Assembly (NCBI GenBank): GCA_002269645.1
Contig: NIVC01004226.1
Coordinates: 1 to 54,108, forward strand
Reading direction: 5' to 3'
Origin: Macrostomum lignano
Taxonomy: Eukaryota
DNA: 54,108 nt
The notes under the pieces: model-generated
The model's input: only the letters and a program-made list of their open reading frames with translations
The model's database searches: none
What the model was told of the DNA's origin: nothing
Shown here: positions 50,101-54,108 of the stretch, in pieces
Layout: every line of letters starts with the position of its first letter
Numbering within the stretch: the stretch's first letter is position 1
Program-made: the position numbers and the translations under genes

Positions 50101-53029
50101 GTTCACTGATGGGAACTCGCTTCTTTGTACTAACATAAAAGATTTAGACTCCGTTCTTAGGTCATAATATTATATCGGATTCTTAGTTTCTTAATTCTAT
50201 GAAAAGGCATAAAAATGGACCAAAGTTCTACTTCTACAAGATCATCTTCAACTGCCATTTCTTAGGTAATGGCGTCCAACTTCCAGATCTTTGTTTCGAG
50301 GTCAAAAATTCTATGATGAGGTTTTTAGATACCGTTTTTGGGTCAAAGTTTCTTCGACAAGACTGGACAAGACGTCTAGTTTCCGTTTCTGGAGTCGAAG
50401 GGTCAAAGTTATTCGACTAGACATCGAGTTTCCGTTTCTGGGATTAAAACCTCTACGACTAGACATCGAGTTTCCGTTTCTGGGATTAAAACCTCTACGA
50501 CTAGACATCGAGTTTCCGTTTCTGGGATCAAAGCTTCTACGACTAGACATCGAGTTTCCGTTTCTGAGATCAAAGCCTCTACGATTAGACATCGATTTCC
50601 GTTTCTGGGATCAAAGCCTCTACGACTAGACATCGATTTTCCCTTTCTAAAGATCAGAGGCTCTACGGCATAACATGCAACATACGTTTCTGAGATGAAG
50701 GCTCTACAAAGTGGTTTGTTTTAATAACAACTGTACTGCCAGTATTTTTATAAGCGTTGCTAAATTTACTTCCTTCTGCTCTAGGTTGAGATCCGCACCC
50801 AATCCGGTCCAGTCCCGAGCCCCATCCGGGATGCGACTGGAAAATGGGCTATCAGAAGTCGTGCGACAACTGGACTTTCAAGTTGGTGTCGCAGGAGTCC
50901 AGCTTCCCAGCCGGCACTGGAGTGACAGTAGACTTGGTGGCCCTGTGCGAGAACGATTCCGGCGATATCGTGAACTATTTCCGAGAGAAGAACTTTCAGT
51001 TTTGCCGCAGCTCACAGTTTCACCAGTGCCAGTTCGACATTGGCAAGGGGCCCGGCAGACGGGATGCAAAGACTTTGCACATCCTATTGAGGATCACCTC
51101 TCCTAAGGTTCCGCCTGCTACGTAGACGCTGCAACTTGAATTGAGTTTGAAAACAGAAATAACTGTGTCAACTGGTCTTGCCATTCGACAATATTAGACA
51201 ATTGTCGGCCGAAGTTCCCCAGTGTCTGTAGACGTCGATGACACATTATTTGCTTTTGCATTACATCGACGGATAACGACGTAATACTTTGTTTAGTTAG
51301 GTTGCTTGGCCAATACTATTACATCATGTACATTGGATCGTGTCTAGTTCCAATGTTCTCCTGTCAACCCTGTTATTTCAACAGTCAATGTCACTAAAAA
51401 TGTTCTGTGGATGATGAATTGATCTGTGATTTTTTATCTCGATCAAATTTATTACACAGGCGTGTTTTTTTGCATCTATCCTATTGATAATCCGTGCCTT
51501 ATATAATTATCAATGTAGCGACTTCGAAAGATGGTGAACTATGAATATTATAGTGTAATAAATACAAAACCTTTATTACTGGATCCTTACTGTTTTACAG
51601 ATTTTAAACTCAAATCAAATCCTCAAATCCTCAAAAGAATGCACCGACTTGAGCAGGTCAGAGGAACTTTGAATAAATTTTCGTCTCTCTTTGCGTGGTA
51701 CTTAATATTTTGTTTTTAAAAGTTTACGACTGTTTAATATTTTAATAGAACATTTAATATCGTATAGTCTCCAATTTTGCATCAATTTTTCATCACCTGC
51801 AGGCCGTGTACTTCACGGGTATATTCCCGTACCTAGTGCTCACGGTTCTGCTAATTCGTGGACTCACTCTGGAAGGCAGCTCCGACGGTTTGACTTATTT
51901 TTTCATACCAAAATGGCAGAGACTGGCCGACGCAAACGTTTGGGGCGACGCGGCGATGCAGGTGAATTTTGTTGACAGGCTAAATTTGTTCGGCTACGCA
52001 TTGCTAAAGAGTCGTAGAGGCTTGAGCAGAGAAGCTTGAAGACGCGGAGAGTCACTGAATCCCTCACCAAAGTACCTGACAGGAGTTCCCTTCCGCAGAC
52101 TGCAGCTACAGTACTTTTGGGGCTCGAGCACGGATCTTTAGTTAGCGATCGCTTGTCCTGCAATTCATGCTCATGAGGGTCAACCCGTAAAATCACAGAG
52201 CCTGACTATGAGGAAGTCAGGTTTGCTGTACACCTTGTGTGAGCGTGTGCCAGTACGTATCCGTGGTATCCTTCTGAACGGAAAGAACCTAGCCGATTTG
52301 AACCTGAACTTCTTAATTGTTACTTCTACGTAAAAATGCGACGCCTATAGGTCCTAATCTACATCAGGATATTAGACCTAAAATTATGCTTTTCATTAAC
52401 AATCTGCGCAGGTATTTTTCTCCCTATCAAGCGGTTGGGGTGGAATCATCACGCTGAGCAGTTATAACAAATTTCGGAACAACGCCTTGCTGTGAGAACT
52501 ATAATTAGCAAATTTCTTTTATCTAATTGAAGTTCGATTCAAATTTCTGTTTCGAATATAAACAAATTTTAACAAATCATTTTATAGAGACTCTCTCATT
52601 GTTTCTTTTGGCGACGGCGCCACGTCAATCTATGCCGGCATGACCGTCTTCTGCGTGCTTGGCTACATGAGTCACGTGATGTCTGTGCCCATCGACGAAG
52701 TAGCCAAGGATGGTGAGGTGTTCATTCGGTCTTGAAAGTATCTATATATCGATAAAGGAACATTTGTCATGATTTCAGGCGCTGGTTTGGCCTTTATTCT
52801 CTACCCGGACATTGTGACTTCGCTGCCCGTGTCGCCTCTGTGGGCCGCTCTATTCTTTGGCATGCTGCTCACCCTCGGCTTTGGCACCATGATTGCCAAT
52901 GTGAACACGCTGGTTACATCCGTGTGCGACAATTGGTACGCTCAACTAGGCACAGGGCGTCGGCCATTGATTGTACTTTGTGCCATCTGCCTGCTGGCTT
53001 TCGTCTGCGGTCTGCCCTGCACCACTCAG
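39508..53029 (+). CDS. SLC6 GlyT-like transporter (paralog B), exons 1-9; 3' end outside window
   Basis: Exons 39508-39555, 40179-40334, 40911-41052, 43907-44348, 44780-44912, 51803-51961, 52412-52491, 52588-52712, 52779-53029. Same phases and, except exon 2 (156 vs 159 nt), the same lengths as paralog A; open frame throughout. Confidence 0.93.
40390..40648. repeat. ~40-bp tandem repeat (TACACCTGGATAATTGGTGTAGATAACAGAGTAGGGGTTCAGC) in SLC6-B intron 2
   Basis: About 6 imperfect units. Confidence 0.85.
41135..42835. repeat. 21-bp minisatellite (GTGTCCCTGTCTCTTAGGTKG) in SLC6-B intron 3
   Basis: About 80 units with recurring variant blocks; source of all the CPCLLG/VSLSLR ORFs. Confidence 0.96.
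43486..43727. repeat. Shorter copy of the ~29-bp minisatellite of SLC6-A intron 3
   Basis: Same unit variants in the homologous intron position. Confidence 0.93.
44973..45531. repeat. 16-bp minisatellite (GGGTTTGTGATATTTC) in SLC6-B intron 5
   Basis: About 35 units starting 60 nt after the donor. Confidence 0.93.
46079..46375 (+). mobile_element. tRNA-derived CORE-type (MIR-like) SINE, near full length
   Basis: tRNA-like head with A box (TAGTGG) and B box (GGTTCGATTCC), then TGTGTCCTTGAGCAAGACACTTAAC..CTGTAAAATGGG resembling the MIR/CORE domain, and an ATT-rich tail. Confidence 0.75.
47064..51125 (+). CDS. BTB-BACK protein, BTBD17-like, nested in SLC6-B intron 5; two apparent -1 frameshifts
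   Basis: Exons 47064-47571 (polyQ; BTB: [26 protein letters not shown]), 48182-48592 ([10 protein letters not shown]; BACK: [22 protein letters not shown]), 49202-49397 (KAYRYR..FYRPRSY) and 50785-51125. Splice phases are consistent if one G is restored at ~48299 and one at ~50847. Confidence 0.85.
49518..49755 (+). mobile_element. 5'-truncated second copy of the CORE-type SINE
   Basis: Near-identical to 46123-46320 from AAGGTCGGGG..TTCGATTCCCGATCCC onward. Confidence 0.8.
50378..50645. repeat. 42-bp tandem repeat (ACTAGACATCGAGTTTCCGTTTCTGGGATCAAAGCCTCTACG) in BTB gene intron 3
   Basis: About 6 units. Confidence 0.9.

Positions 53030-54108
<1,079 letters not shown>

Noticed and set aside
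48295-50850. Programmed -1 ribosomal frameshifting in the BTB or SPOC genes
   Set aside because: No slippery heptamer or evident downstream structure; single-base loss in short runs is more parsimonious.
28538-53029. Monoamine transporter (SERT/DAT) or GABA transporter assignment
   Set aside because: TM1 has Gly (AVGLGN), not the Asp of monoamine transporters, and the TM6 WGG matches the GlyT-type group; one-to-one orthology cannot be assigned without a tree.

Overview
Animal genomic DNA, rich in minisatellites, with short AT-rich introns and GC-richer, polyQ-containing exons. The style suggests a lophotrochozoan or flatworm such as Macrostomum, but that is inference only. By manual splicing I reconstruct five spliced genes. 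(1) A PHD + SPOC (DIDO1/PHF3/PPS-like) gene on the minus strand, about 70-4038, running off the left edge. (2) A three-coding-exon SK/KCNN Ca2+-activated K+ channel, minus strand, 17577-20486. (3) A complete 12-exon SLC6 GlyT-like transporter (A), 28538-38030. (4) Its tandem paralog (B), 39508 to beyond 53029, truncated by the window. (5) A BTB-BACK (BTBD17-like) gene, 47064-51125, nested on the same strand inside intron 5 of paralog B. The remainder is decayed mariner and hAT elements, MITEs with TSDs, a foldback element, two CORE-type SINEs and about 20 different tandem repeats. Most ORF-track entries are repeat artefacts. The most interesting points are: both SLC6 paralogs carry paired substitutions at the canonical chloride/Na1 site (TM2 Tyr>Phe, TM7 Asn>Asp); they show patchy near-identity suggesting gene conversion that spares a TM6 specificity residue; the nested same-strand gene; and a SPOC protein apparently lacking its TFIIS-M domain. 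Family and residue comparisons are from memory, not database searches. No prokaryotic-type system (CRISPR, operon) is supported.
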